From Nymphaea colorata (lineage: Eukaryota): 64,000 bases of DNA. Of this stretch, positions 13,171 through 24,715 are shown in pieces (positions within the stretch are counted from its first letter, which is position 1; each line of letters starts with the position of its first letter). The notes beneath the pieces are model-generated. The model ran no database searches and was not told the DNA's origin. It saw only the letters and a program-made list of their open reading frames with translations. The stretch is from positions 9,734,001 to 9,798,000 of the forward strand of contig NC_045138.2 of NCBI RefSeq assembly GCF_008831285.2. The letters are read 5' to 3'. The position numbers and the translations under genes are program-made.

Positions 13171-13265
13171 AGTAAGGGTAACTGCACGTTCCTCCAAAAG
13201 GAAGGAGCAACGCGGGGTTGGGATTTCTTCTTTCCAACTCCTGGTTGTGGTCCGAAGAAGATGCC

Positions 13266-14312
13266 ATGAATTCCCCCCTTCGATGCTACCTGCCTTTTCC
13301 TAAAACCCTAGCTGCGACTGCTGGCCGTCCATGTCTCGTCGAGCTACCGGCGAGATCTTGCGAGCTTGGCCATTCGTGGACTTCCATGCCCCTTCGGCCA
13401 GTTCACACCATGAGGGATAGAAGCAAGAACCGGAGGCCGCTGCAGAAAGGGCGGAACCTCAGCATCGAGGCGATCCAGACGGTGCACTCCCTGAAACTGT
13501 CGAAGAACGATGAGGTCCTCCGCGGCCGCGTATTCGAAACGAAGGTCCGGCGGCTCATCAAGGCGGATATGGTCGCGGTTCTCCGGGAATTGCTCAGGCA
13601 GGACGAGTGCCTGCTGGCCGTCCAGGTAGAGTTTGTGTGCTTGTGCCGAATCTTAGTTTCCTTTCATTTGCTTTCTTTAGTTTATCGTTCCGGAAAAGAT
13701 AGAGATTTTGAATACATGGTGTTAACATGAGAAGCAAGTCATGGCAGTCGACGATCAGGATAAATAGTATGCGAGCTTAACTGATCACTGTTCGTTGCAG
13801 TACGCTGAAGCTGGACCCAATCAAATTGATCTCACCGCTCATTTCAAGCTTTTCCTTTTTTGTCTTTTTGCCAGCTCAACAAGAAATTTAATTAATTTGC
13901 AGACTATGAATTTTTGCATGTTTAGGTATTCGATGATGTTAGAAAGGAGTACTGGTACAAACCTCAAGTTTTATTGTATACTGAAATAATTGCAGCACTG
14001 TTGAGGAATGGAATGATTGAAGGTGCTCAGGTTCTTTTCTCAATGATGAAGACCGAGATTTGTGAAGCTGATGATGAAGGTTTAAATTCCCTCGTACAAA
14101 CTTTGATGTTGTTCAATATGCCTGGAACGGGCATGGAGTGTTTCCAGTTGATGAAGAAGGTGGGTTCTGAACCTGATAAGTCAACGTTTAGAGCACTTGT
14201 AAATCATATGAACGCCAAGGGAGAATTCGATGTTTCTTTGAGGCTTAGGCGTGAGGCAGAGAAGCAATTTGGTGTGCCTTGGGAGTTCCTTATTGCAGAA
14301 GAAGAAACCTGA
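13266..14312 (+). CDS. THYLAKOID ASSEMBLY 8-like short PPR protein (248 aa, probably organelle-targeted)
   Basis: Exons 13266-13625 (CAG|gtagag) and 13926-14312 (tttag|GTATTC) join in frame. Motifs MRDRSKNRRPLQKGRNLSIEAIQTV, RRLIKADMVAVLRELLRQDEC, VFDDVRKEYWYKPQ and EPDKSTFRALV are typical of the THA8/THA8L family. N-terminus resembles a transit peptide. Confidence 0.88.
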
Positions 14313-15346
14313 TCTGCGTCCGGGAGAATCACCGAATGCGGATTAAAGAAGTCATGAAGTTGATGTAATCATGGAAATCTTCCATGGATTTCACTTGTGG
14401 ATAATATATAACCGCGAAGAACAGGGCATGTCCTTGTTATCAAATTCCTTTGGATCCGGTTCAATTTCTTGATTCGAGAGCTTGAACGGTGACATTAGTT
14501 TTTCAAGGGCCATACAATGGTAGACTACAGACTGCCTAAGGCGATGTTGGGAAATGCTTAACGTGTATCGGGCTTCTCGATGATTAGACATGTGAAGAAA
14601 AAATCAAACTTATTTTTTTATCTTGAACAGTCGTGTAAAAATAGCATAAAACATCAGAAAGATAAACAAGTTCTTTAAAAGAGAACATGAATTCCATATG
14701 CTAAAGTTATCTAAATAATTAGAGTTCAGGAATGGGCAGCCAACTTTTGCATGTAATTCACACAAGCGCCTTCAAAGATACAACATTTGTTCCATCAAAC
14801 ACTTGGATGACCACATAAAACGTAGGAAATAATTCACAACAGCGACTCATATAAGCTTCACAGTTTGACCACTATTCCATTTCCTCCTACAGGCGGCCCC
14901 GATTCAAATGCAACACGCGCTTTTTGGGAACGAAAGGTAAGGTGGCTTTTGGACCTATGGACTAGAGATCTCATTGAATTTCTATTGGATAACTTCTAAT
15001 CAAACTATTCTATGTAAATACAATGTTGTGACTTGTGCCCATCAGATCAATTGATGAGGATCAGTAGCGAAGGTCGGCAGCGATGGAGAAGGCTAATTGT
15101 AGAAGGGGTTTCCGATGAGATTCACATGAATCTCTTCTAGTTCCTCCGTGGTTCTGTATGATACTAGTCTCTCCCTAGAAGAGAACGATATAGGAACTCG
15201 AGGACGTTGCTCAATTTTCTAAGGGAGTGTGGCTTGCTAGGTTAATGATGAGTGTGGGCTTGTGGGGGCATCCGACTACTAGAGACGTGGAGGGTTTGTT
15301 CATTCTTCTCCCAAAATAGAGGATGTCATGATACTTTGCCGTGCGC

Positions 15347-15348
<2 letters not shown>

Positions 15349-15388
<40 letters not shown>
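15349..15388. repeat. (GA)n microsatellite
   Basis: About 20 GA units. Confidence 0.95.
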
Positions 15389-15391
<3 letters not shown>

Positions 15392-15589
15392 AGGGAGCAA
15401 TTGTGAAGTGAAACAACGGGTCTGTTAGAAATGCAATGATCTCTCCATAGCTTCGGCTGAGTTATTTCCTAGCTGTTGGAAGATCTCGACAGATTTTTGA
15501 ACGTTTTATTCTTTTGAATGTTGCTTAGTTTTTCTAGCAACCTTTTAAATTTGCCTATAAAATATCATGAACTTTTGTGTAAAGCAAGC

Positions 15590-17110
15590 TTAGTTGTTAA
15601 GGCGGCCAGGCGCTGCCTAGGCGCACCTAGCCTAAAAAGGCATCCAAAAGTCGCTGCAATTTTGTTTATTTATTTGTAATTCTAAAATGATAGCTTTATG
15701 TTTTATGTGTTAAGTTGGCATGTTAGCAAGTTAGAATTAGTCAAAATCAACTTAGAAAACAACAAAATAAAAAGTTTAATGCATTGAATTTAAAATATAA
15801 CAGTCTCTAATCGATTACAAGATAATTCTAAAAAAATAAACCTTATCTATAGAAGAAGGAATGTAAATCCTCGAGAAAGATTTGATGATTTCGTTAGGCT
15901 CTTTTATTTGAAGTGGAATATTTTCTTCATTTGTCTTCACCAACTTCTTTCGTGGTTGATAAGCATTATCGTCTTCCTCAGAGTTTGGGACTACGAGGCG
16001 AAGACAGATCTTCTTGTGCCTCAGTGTCATGAACAATCTCTGGTAGATCATCTGACAGTGGTAGATCATCTTGTTCTTTTGTATTAGGAGCAATATCGAA
16101 TACAGGTTGGATGTATTGTTCCTCAGTGTCACCAACAACTTCTCCAAACATAATAATATCTAATAATGTAAATAATAAACATGATTAGCATAAATTGTAA
16201 ATAATAAACATGGTTAGCATATCAGTTAGCAACTTAGCCCAAATCATAGAGCATGCCTCTTAAGATTCAAATGAAGAATTATATACAGTAAGCAAAATAT
16301 GTTTTCAGACATCTATTACAGAATTGAAATTCAAAAATCAAAACATCCTAATAGGCTAAAATTCTCAAGCCTCAGGATCTGAGGAACAAAATGATGCAAG
16401 TCCATCATCATTTGGATCATCATCTAAATCAAGTGACACATCATATTCCTTGGTGTCTTCAAACATTGTTTCTTCTTCTTCTTCAAGTTCTTGTATTTCA
16501 GTGAACTTCCTCTTGCTTTTGCTTGCAGATGCACCCTTCGATTTTTTTCTTTTGCTTATCTAAACGTGTGGATCGGCCATCCTTGTCTTGGGATGCTCCG
16601 CTTGCTTTGTCTACAAGGTCCCATGTGGGAGAAAGATACCCACCGGGCATTCATGATACTCTTGTTTGTGCAATAGGCCCACCGTCATGTAGGGTCAGCG
16701 GATTTTGGAACTAAGACATTATTAGCCTGTGGCTGGTCTTGTACTTGATCTTCACCTTCACTTGTATAAGCATGTGCACTGCTTGAACTTTTGTGATCCA
16801 TCTGTCTGTAGATTTTAGGTAGATATAGAAAATATGATAGTTATATAAGACGATCAAGCAAGCTCAAGTTACAAATCTGATGGTTCATACTAACAGAAAG
16901 TAATTGCATTCGTTTGATTAAGCAAATAAAAATGATGCACAGGAGCACAGGTTAAGCTACAAATCATGCAGAACAGCACAAGTTAAGCTAAAAGGCAGCA
17001 GCACAGGTTAAGCTAAAAATCATGCACAACAACACAAGTTAATCTAAATGAGTAATATATGACAAGTAGTCAGTTACTAGTTACATACCTGTTTTTTTGG
17101 TGGCAGCAGC
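15590..17110 (-). mobile_element. Degenerate non-autonomous DNA transposon, probably hAT-like
   Basis: Left end TAGTTGTTAAGGCG followed by AGGCGC/GCCTAG motifs. Acidic minus-strand remnant at ~16400-16490. GCACAGGTTAAGCTA-type tandem repeats at 16935-17045. Right end and TSD not found. Confidence 0.35.
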
Positions 17111-18334
17111 AGGCAGTAGAAGTTTTTCCACGATGGAAGGCAAAAGAGATTAGCCCCTTCAGACTTCAAAAATAGTTCTGAAGTTTATCTTAATCAGTTT
17201 CTAAAATATTATCTGTACTAATTCACATGTTTATCCAAATGGAAGGTGATAAGTCACCTTCCAAATGTACTACGCGACAACACACATAGTCTAGTGGCAA
17301 CACACATAGTCCAGCCTAAGTGATGGACATTAATAAAAATGAACTAGTCATCAGTCCATTTTTGAAGGGGCTATAGATTAATTGCAGCACATGGATGATT
17401 TTTGTTTTTAATGGTTGATCAAGTTGACCATCTATGTCTCCAGCAACTATGAGTTGAATACTCTTTTTTGAAATGCTTATGAGGGTTATTTCGGTGTTCT
17501 ATTCTTTGTAATCATGGTCCCTTCTATTGTATGTTTAGTTTTAACATTATCTAGTTGCACTATGTTGTCCTTTCATGTTTCAAATATTTAGTTCCATGGT
17601 GCATTTGGTTGGCTGCAATAGAGGAAATAATGTCCAAAGACATTTGTTAGGCTAAATAGGTTACTGACGTAGTATTTCTTGTGAGCTGGGTCTCGGGCTT
17701 CGATCCAGTCTAGATCTTAGGATAGATAATATTCTTGAATGTCAAAGTTTACAGATGAAGACAAGTTTGCATAAATATCAAAGGCCATACCATGCCCATA
17801 CAATCAAAGGGTCTGAACCATACAGTCACTTCTTATTCTTTCGTTTTACAGAGTAAAATATTTCCCTACTCTGATCACTACCACCGCCACCATCGTTAGT
17901 ATCTATTTGCACCTTCTCTCTAAACACTGCCAAATAGAGAAACGTACACATACATATATGTTACCAAAAGGTATGCAATCAAATTATTAAAATCATGATT
18001 CCAGCCCAAGATGACCACATAATTTGTGTTTTCGTCTACCAAAAGTTTATATAAAAGATATTTATATAAAAGATATCATAGAAATGTTTCTTGAACCTAC
18101 ACTATTATGTGATGTTAATTTCCGAAAACTAATCATATAAATGTGATCTACATGGTAGATTTGATAAGAATGGGTTCTTGAATTGCTAAAAATCCAGCAA
18201 GTGTACATGATCTTATAACCATTCAAATAATAATAAATATTCTGCCTAACAAAAGTTCATAAATAAAATCATGAACTTATAGCAATAATAAGAATAATAA
18301 GATTTAGCAAAACTAAGGGTGAGAGTGTAGGGTT

Positions 18335-21300
18335 TGTGAAAAGTGACTATAACAGTCACAAAGAATACATATAATACCAAAAAGGCACTAAGGCCAAGTG
18401 AAGAAGAGTAATACTCATTCAATAAACAATATAAAGGCTGTAAAACACAGCTTATTCTTTACAAAGACTGTTACAAGGATATTTATAAGAGAGAATAAGA
18501 AGAGATGAGCTAAACTAGCCGTTGGGCTAGTTCCAACAGCTCTTAATAGAGCTGTTGGAACTGCCAACGGCTAGTTTGGCAGAAATAATAAAAAAATAAA
18601 AAAATAAAAAATAAAAAATAAAGAGAAAAGAAAGAAATAAACTAAATCCTAAACTAATTCCTAACTAATCCTAAACTAGCTCTTAACTAAGATAATACCT
18701 AATTAAGAGATAACAACAATAAGAAATCATATTTCTTAACACCCCCCCTTAAACTTACGGTGCTATCACCGAAAGTTTATCTAAAAGAAAGTTGAATCTG
18801 GGAGAACATAGAGGCTTTGTGAAGAAATCAGCCAGCTGGAACTCGGAGGAGACATATGGAAGTTTGATAGTCTTCTTCAAAAATTCTTCACGAACATAGT
18901 GACAGTCCATTTCTATATGCTTTGTTCGTTCATGGAATGTTTGATTCTTGGCAATGTAGATAGAACTCTTGTTGTCGCAGCATAAATCAGTGGGTTCTTC
19001 TATCTTTATTCCCATATCAAGGAGCATTTGGCGAAGCCAGACAATTTCCATAGTTGTAGAAGCCATGGCTCGATATTCAGCTTCAGTAGAGGATAGTGAG
19101 ACTTTCTGTTGCTTTTTGCATTTCCATGAGATGAGTGATTCTCCTAGAAAAACACAAAATCCAGTAGTTGAGTGTCTATCATTAGGATCTCTTCCCCAAT
19201 CAGCATCAGTATAAGCAATCAAGTTCAAGGAGGAAGAGGAAGACATAAATACTCCCTTGTTTATTGTTCCCTTAATATATCTGATGATACGAAGAACAGC
19301 TCCCATATGAACGGTTGATGGAGCATGTTGAAATTGACTCACAGTATGAACTGCATGAGCAATGTCAGGCCGAGTGATGCTAAGGTACATCAAGGATCCC
19401 ACAAGTTGTCGGTAAGGAGTGGGATTGGCAAGTGGAACTCCATCATCAATCTTCATCTTGCTTCCTACTGCTTCAGGAGTTTCTGTGACCTTATCATCTG
19501 TTATGCCTGATTTAGCAATGATCTCTGCAGCAAACTTAGTTTGTGACAAAAAATATCCTCTAGTAGAGTATGCAACCTCAATACCCAAGAAGTACGTTAG
19601 AAAACCTAAATCTTTCATTTCAAAAGTTTCTTGTAGTAATTTCTTACATTCTTTAATACCTTCCTTATCACTACCTGTAATGATCATATCATCAACATAC
19701 AGTAGAAGAATTATGATACCTGCAGTAGTATACTTAACAAACAAGGCAGTGTCAGTTAAGCAAGAATGAAACCCATAATCAGAAATAACAGAATTAAAAC
19801 GGTCAAACCAAGCTTTAGGAGCTTGTTTGAGGCCATAAAGAGCCTTCTTAAGTCTAAGAACTTTCCTTTGAGGAACAGACAACCCTGGTGGTACTTCCAT
19901 ATAAACCTCTTCCATAAGATCCCCATTTAAAAAGGCATTTTTAACATCCATTTGATAGATATTCCAGTTTTTAACAGATGCTAAAGCAATAAGGGTCCTA
20001 ACAGTAGTCATTCTAGCTACAGGGGCAAATGTTTCCTCATAGTCAATACCATATTCTTGAGTGTAACCTTTGGCAACAAGCCTTGCTTTATACCTTTCTA
20101 GGGATCCATCACTTTTAGTTTTCACCTTGTATACCCACTTGCATCCAATAGTCTTTTTCCCTATAGGTAAATCTTGTATTTCCCAAGTTTGGGCTTTTCT
20201 CAAGGCATCCAATTCTTCTAACATGGCATTCTTCCACTCAATATATTTGGATGCTTCATTAAAAGTAGAAGGTTCAAAGTGAGAGTGAATGGCATTAATT
20301 CTAGCTCTATGAGATGGAATAAAAGTTTCATAAGACACAAACCTATTGGGTTGTCTTACATTTCTAGTGGATCTCCTAAGGTTTTCTCCACTTTGAGTTG
20401 GTTGGAGATCAATGGTCTCATGATGTTCTTCTTCACCAACTTCTTGTTGCCGGTTTCTTCTATGATAAGTGATTATATCCTTGGCCATTCTACTATCATT
20501 ACCACCAGTGTTGCTATCATCACCATCATGCATTTCATCATCACATTGAGAAAGGAACTTAAATAAAAAGGAATAATCATTATTGTGTTGTGACTCCCCA
20601 CAATTTTTAAAACCACTTTCATCTTCACAAAACCTTACATTCCTTGAGACAATGATCTTGTCTTTAATTGAGTCATAACATTTGTAGCCTTTTTGGGTTT
20701 CAGAATAACCAATAAAAGCACATTCAATAACTTTTGAACTTAGCTTATCAGCCTTGTCATTAAGAACAAAACATTTGCATCCAAAAATACGAAGTCTATT
20801 GAAATCGGGTTCATACTTGAATAATTTTTCAAACGGAGTGGTATTATGTAAAACTTTTGAAGGCATTCTGTTTATAAGATAAACAGAGGCAAGTGCGGTT
20901 TCAGCCCAAAAGTTTTTAGGCACATTTTTGGAAATAAGAAGGGTTCTTGTTGTTTCAATTATGTGCCTATGTTTTCTTTCTGAAAGTCCATTTTGTTGAG
21001 GTGTTCTTGGACAAGATTTTTGGTGGACTATCCCATAGTTTTTCAAATATCTTTCGAACTCATTTGAAATGTATTCACCTCCGGAATCAGTCCTTAAAAT
21101 TTTTAATTTAGCATTGAATTGTGTTTGTACTAACATGTGAAAATTTTTGAATATCTCAAAAACTTCGGATTTATATTTTAGGAAATATATCCAACAATAC
21201 CTAGTGAAGTCATCAACAAAGATCACATAATATGATAGCCCTCCTTTTGACATGATAGGAGAGGGTCCCCATACATCGGAATGAACAAGCTCAAAAGGCA

Positions 21301-23661
21301 AAGAAGAGAAGAAGTTCCTTTCTCCAAAAGATAAAGATTTCATTTTTCCATGTATACAATCATTACATTTAAAATTTTCAATACAAATATTCTTGGTAGG
21401 GTTCATCATAGACAATTTTCTAACATTTGGATGACCTAATCTTTGGTGCCAAACATTGATGTCCACATTTTCAACATAGTGACAAAACTTTTCTTTGGGG
21501 ATGCATAAATTGTCCATGTAGTAAAGGTCCCCTTTTCTAAAACCTTCCCCAATCAATCTCCCGGTTTGGTGATCCTGCACCAAACATTTATTTGATGAGA
21601 AAACAACATCAAATCCAAGATCTGAGATTTGTGACACAGAAAGTAAGTTAAGATTAAGTTTAGGAACATAACTAACTTTTGGAACAAAAAATTTTTGTTT
21701 TCCAAATTCTTTTTCAAAATTCCCAATCCCTTTAACACTTAAAGAAGTTCCATCGGCGGTAACAACATTTGATTCTTTTCTTGTTCTTTCAAATTTGGTC
21801 AAAGATGATATATTTGGTGTCATATGAAAAGATGCACCAGAATCTAAAAGCCAAGAAAACATACCAGGAGTGTTGGAGATGGATGCCGTTGTTGCTAGTG
21901 CTCCGGAATTTGACTCCTTGATCATGGGTTGAAGGGCTGTCATGATTTGATTCAACGTTGTGGATATAGATGATAGATCACATCCTTCATTTGTGACATT
22001 TGCGGCCTTTCTTTGATCAAATTGTCTAATGTTGTAATGTCCACCTTGAGGAAATGAAATTCCCCGGTTGTGTTGCCCTCCTTGTGGATATGAAGTTCCT
22101 CCTTTGAGAAAATTTCCTCCAAGATTCCGCGATTGTCCTTCATTGTTGTTCAACTTTGGGCAACTAGGTCTTATGTGACCCTGTTCATGACAAAAGTGGC
22201 AAATAACTTTATATTCTCCTCTAATTTGATTCTTAAAGTGAGGAGGTCTAAAAGACTTGATGTTGTTTCCAGGTCTAGAGGCGGCTAAGGCTCTTTCTTC
22301 TTCTTGTTTTGAGACAAGAACACTATCTTTATCCATTTCTTTGGATAATTTCATTCTAGTTTCCTCTCCACTTAGCTTTGTAAGAAGTTCATGAATGAGT
22401 GGAGGAGAGGATGAAGAAAGAAGGGCTGACCTTATTTGTTCAAATTCGGGCCGTAGCCCTTGAAGGAATTGAAAAAACCGAAATTCATCTATTTCATTTC
22501 TTCTAATCTCATGGCATTTGCAGTCCAACCCTAGTTCGGGACTTAGTTGATCTAACTCATTCCATACACTAGAGATTTCCATGAAAAATTCTCTAACATT
22601 TTTCTCTCCTTGCTTGATACTTTGGGCCTTTTGAATCAAAAGATACTTTCGGGCCATATCTTTTTGGGTGAACATTCCCTTAAGATATTCCCAAACTTCA
22701 CTAGCCTTTTCATAATACATAAGATTTTGGGCAATTCTAGGTTCAATACTTCCATAAATCCATTCTTTAATCCTAGAATTTTTAGCTTCCCAATCGTCTA
22801 ATTTTTTGTAATATTCATTCATAGCATTTTGTCTTTCCACTCCATCTAGTTGTTTTTCAATCCCATTTTCTATTTTGGTCAACTTGAGAGTGGGAGGGAT
22901 AGACGTACCTCTTATGAAGCCCCATAAATATTTTCCTTTGATATGCATTTCCAAACATTTTGCCCATAGTGTATAATTGGTTCCGTCAAGCTTGTATGGA
23001 GCATAATAGCTTCCTCCTTCAATTGAAACTTTGGAGTCTTCCATGAGAGCAATACTTGAAACAATAATCTCCAAGGAAGTCAAGAAAAAACTCTTCTAGA
23101 AATTTCACCAAACAGTTGGTGAGCAACCGCAGCAAAAAGGCCTTCAAGAAATTATATCCTCCAGCAAAGAATCTCTTCAATCAAACCAGCAACATAAAAT
23201 CTCAGCAGCAGCCTTTAACAAGCTTTGAGAATCAGCCCAATGGCTCTGATACCATGTGAAAAGTGACTATAACAGTCACAAAGAATACATATAATACCAA
23301 AAAGGCACTAAGGCCAAGTGAAGAAGAGTAATACTCATTCAATAAACAATATAAAGGCTGTAAAACACAGCTTATTCTTTACAAAGACTGTTACAAGGAT
23401 ATTTATAAGAGAGAATAAGAAGACATGAGCTAAACTAGCCGTTGGGCTAGTTCCAACAGCTCTTAATAGAGCTGTTGGAACTGCCAACGGCTAGTTTGGC
23501 AGAAATAATAAAAAAATAAAAAAATAAAAAATAAAAAATAAAGAGAAAAGAAAGAAATAAACTAAATCCTAAACTAATTCCTAACTAATCCTAAACTAGC
23601 TCTTAACTAAGATAATACCTAATTAAGAGATAACAACAATAAGAAATCATATTTCTTAACA
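18335..23661 (-). mobile_element. Intact, very young Ty1/copia LTR retrotransposon (5327 bp, Ale/Retrofit-like)
   Basis: TG..CA LTRs at 18335-18741 and 23255-23661 (407 bp; 1 mismatch seen, 18504 G vs 23424 C). TSD GGGTT at 18330-18334 and 23662-23666. PBS TGGTATCAGAGC (tRNA-iMet) at 23254-23243. PPT AAGGGGGGG next to the 3' LTR. Confidence 0.98.
18755..23044 (-). CDS. Copia gag-pol polyprotein (1429 aa from first ATG)
   Basis: Uninterrupted ORF with gag (KLDGTNY), zinc knuckle CHFCHEQGHIRPSC, protease WLLDSGAS, GAG-pre-integrase WHQRLGH, integrase HSDVWGP..RTDSGGEY..QQNGLSERK, RT YKARLVAKG..LYVDD and RNase H YTDADW..ADFFTK. Confidence 0.97.
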   Translation of the reverse strand: MEDSKVSIEGGSYYAPYKLDGTNYTLWAKCLEMHIKGKYLWGFIRGTSIPPTLKLTKIENGIEKQLDGVERQNAMNEYYKKLDDWEAKNSRIKEWIYGSIEPRIAQNLMYYEKASEVWEYLKGMFTQKDMARKYLLIQKAQSIKQGEKNVREFFMEISSVWNELDQLSPELGLDCKCHEIRRNEIDEFRFFQFLQGLRPEFEQIRSALLSSSSPPLIHELLTKLSGEETRMKLSKEMDKDSVLVSKQEEERALAASRPGNNIKSFRPPHFKNQIRGEYKVICHFCHEQGHIRPSCPKLNNNEGQSRNLGGNFLKGGTSYPQGGQHNRGISFPQGGHYNIRQFDQRKAANVTNEGCDLSSISTTLNQIMTALQPMIKESNSGALATTASISNTPGMFSWLLDSGASFHMTPNISSLTKFERTRKESNVVTADGTSLSVKGIGNFEKEFGKQKFFVPKVSYVPKLNLNLLSVSQISDLGFDVVFSSNKCLVQDHQTGRLIGEGFRKGDLYYMDNLCIPKEKFCHYVENVDINVWHQRLGHPNVRKLSMMNPTKNICIENFKCNDCIHGKMKSLSFGERNFFSSLPFELVHSDVWGPSPIMSKGGLSYYVIFVDDFTRYCWIYFLKYKSEVFEIFKNFHMLVQTQFNAKLKILRTDSGGEYISNEFERYLKNYGIVHQKSCPRTPQQNGLSERKHRHIIETTRTLLISKNVPKNFWAETALASVYLINRMPSKVLHNTTPFEKLFKYEPDFNRLRIFGCKCFVLNDKADKLSSKVIECAFIGYSETQKGYKCYDSIKDKIIVSRNVRFCEDESGFKNCGESQHNNDYSFLFKFLSQCDDEMHDGDDSNTGGNDSRMAKDIITYHRRNRQQEVGEEEHHETIDLQPTQSGENLRRSTRNVRQPNRFVSYETFIPSHRARINAIHSHFEPSTFNEASKYIEWKNAMLEELDALRKAQTWEIQDLPIGKKTIGCKWVYKVKTKSDGSLERYKARLVAKGYTQEYGIDYEETFAPVARMTTVRTLIALASVKNWNIYQMDVKNAFLNGDLMEEVYMEVPPGLSVPQRKVLRLKKALYGLKQAPKAWFDRFNSVISDYGFHSCLTDTALFVKYTTAGIIILLLYVDDMIITGSDKEGIKECKKLLQETFEMKDLGFLTYFLGIEVAYSTRGYFLSQTKFAAEIIAKSGITDDKVTETPEAVGSKMKIDDGVPLANPTPYRQLVGSLMYLSITRPDIAHAVHTVSQFQHAPSTVHMGAVLRIIRYIKGTINKGVFMSSSSSLNLIAYTDADWGRDPNDRHSTTGFCVFLGESLISWKCKKQQKVSLSSTEAEYRAMASTTMEIVWLRQMLLDMGIKIEEPTDLCCDNKSSIYIAKNQTFHERTKHIEMDCHYVREEFLKKTIKLPYVSSEFQLADFFTKPLCSPRFNFLLDKLSVIAP

Positions 23662-24715
23662 GGGTTATGTACTTGGAACAATTAGTGCTTGCAGAAACGG
23701 GGTGAGAAACTTGTGCTGTTCCACACTTTGCTAGTAAGGATGCCATTAACCTCTGCATTCACCAAATACTGCTACATCATCACAGAAGAACAAGGCAACT
23801 GACACAAACTGAGCATCTAAAGTACTAGTTGGAATGAAACAATAATAGGAAAATAATGACATCGGGAGAGAAGCCATAATCCGTCAGAGGCTTAGTTATA
23901 GTCAAATTGAACTCATCGGCTGTTGACAACATGTTTTTTCTTCCATTTTCTCTACTTCACCTATCTGTGATGAAGTTTTCCTTTAGTAAATACCACTTCT
24001 CTAAACCATGTATGCTTGATGAAGCAATAGATGCCTTCAAAACTCTCAACTGCTTTAAGCAATCCATGCACTAGTCAAAACAGCAGCTTGTAGGAAAATT
24101 CGAAGAGCTGCAGTTCTTGAAGAAGAAGAAAATGAAATGAAAAGATGGAAAATAGAAAAGAAAAACTCCCAAAAAGGAGGACAGGTTTCTCTTTTCTACA
24201 GTTCAGTCTCTTCTCTTGCAGTTTCTCATTTGAAGGAAGAACTAAAGAGTTAGTAGTCACAAGAGGAGTAGAAAATAAATAGAAAAAGCAAAGAAATGCA
24301 AAAGGAAAACACTTAAAAAGGAGGGCTGGTTTCTCTTTAACTATATGCCTATAATTTTTTTCGACAACCACATCTTGTCAAGGGCTACGTGGGCATGAGA
24401 TGCAATTCTCATTTTAAGATCATTCTAAAGTTTTATACTCTCCTCTCAATCTAGGTGAAGAAACATTGCTTTCATGTTTGACCAGAACTCAACATGGCTT
24501 TCAAATTTTTGAAGAACTTGCAAAGTTTTGGACTTTTGATTCAGTATGTAAGTATGTAAGCCCATGTACATTTTGAGAATGCATTGAGAACTATCACATA
24601 GAATGAGAAGTTGTCAATGCTAGTTATAGTTCCAGGATTCAAGTAATCTATCACTAAATGAAAAGAGTGCTCAAATGTTAAGTTACGGCTCTTACCCATT
24701 TTTGACATACTTCAT

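Larger units (their letters stand above)
17110..24070 (-). mobile_element. Old copia remnant that hosts the intact copia insertion (flanks ~17110-18329 and ~23667-24070)
   Basis: Weak integrase-like and gag-like traces on both sides of the young element, in the same orientation. Confidence 0.3.

Noticed and set aside
13218..13730. 170-aa ORF as a complete protein
   Set aside because: It starts at TTG and runs into the intron after 13625. The spliced model 13266-14312 fits the family.
18969..22801. Plus-strand ORFs antisense to gag-pol
   Set aside because: Short shadow ORFs expected opposite a long coding frame, with no independent support.
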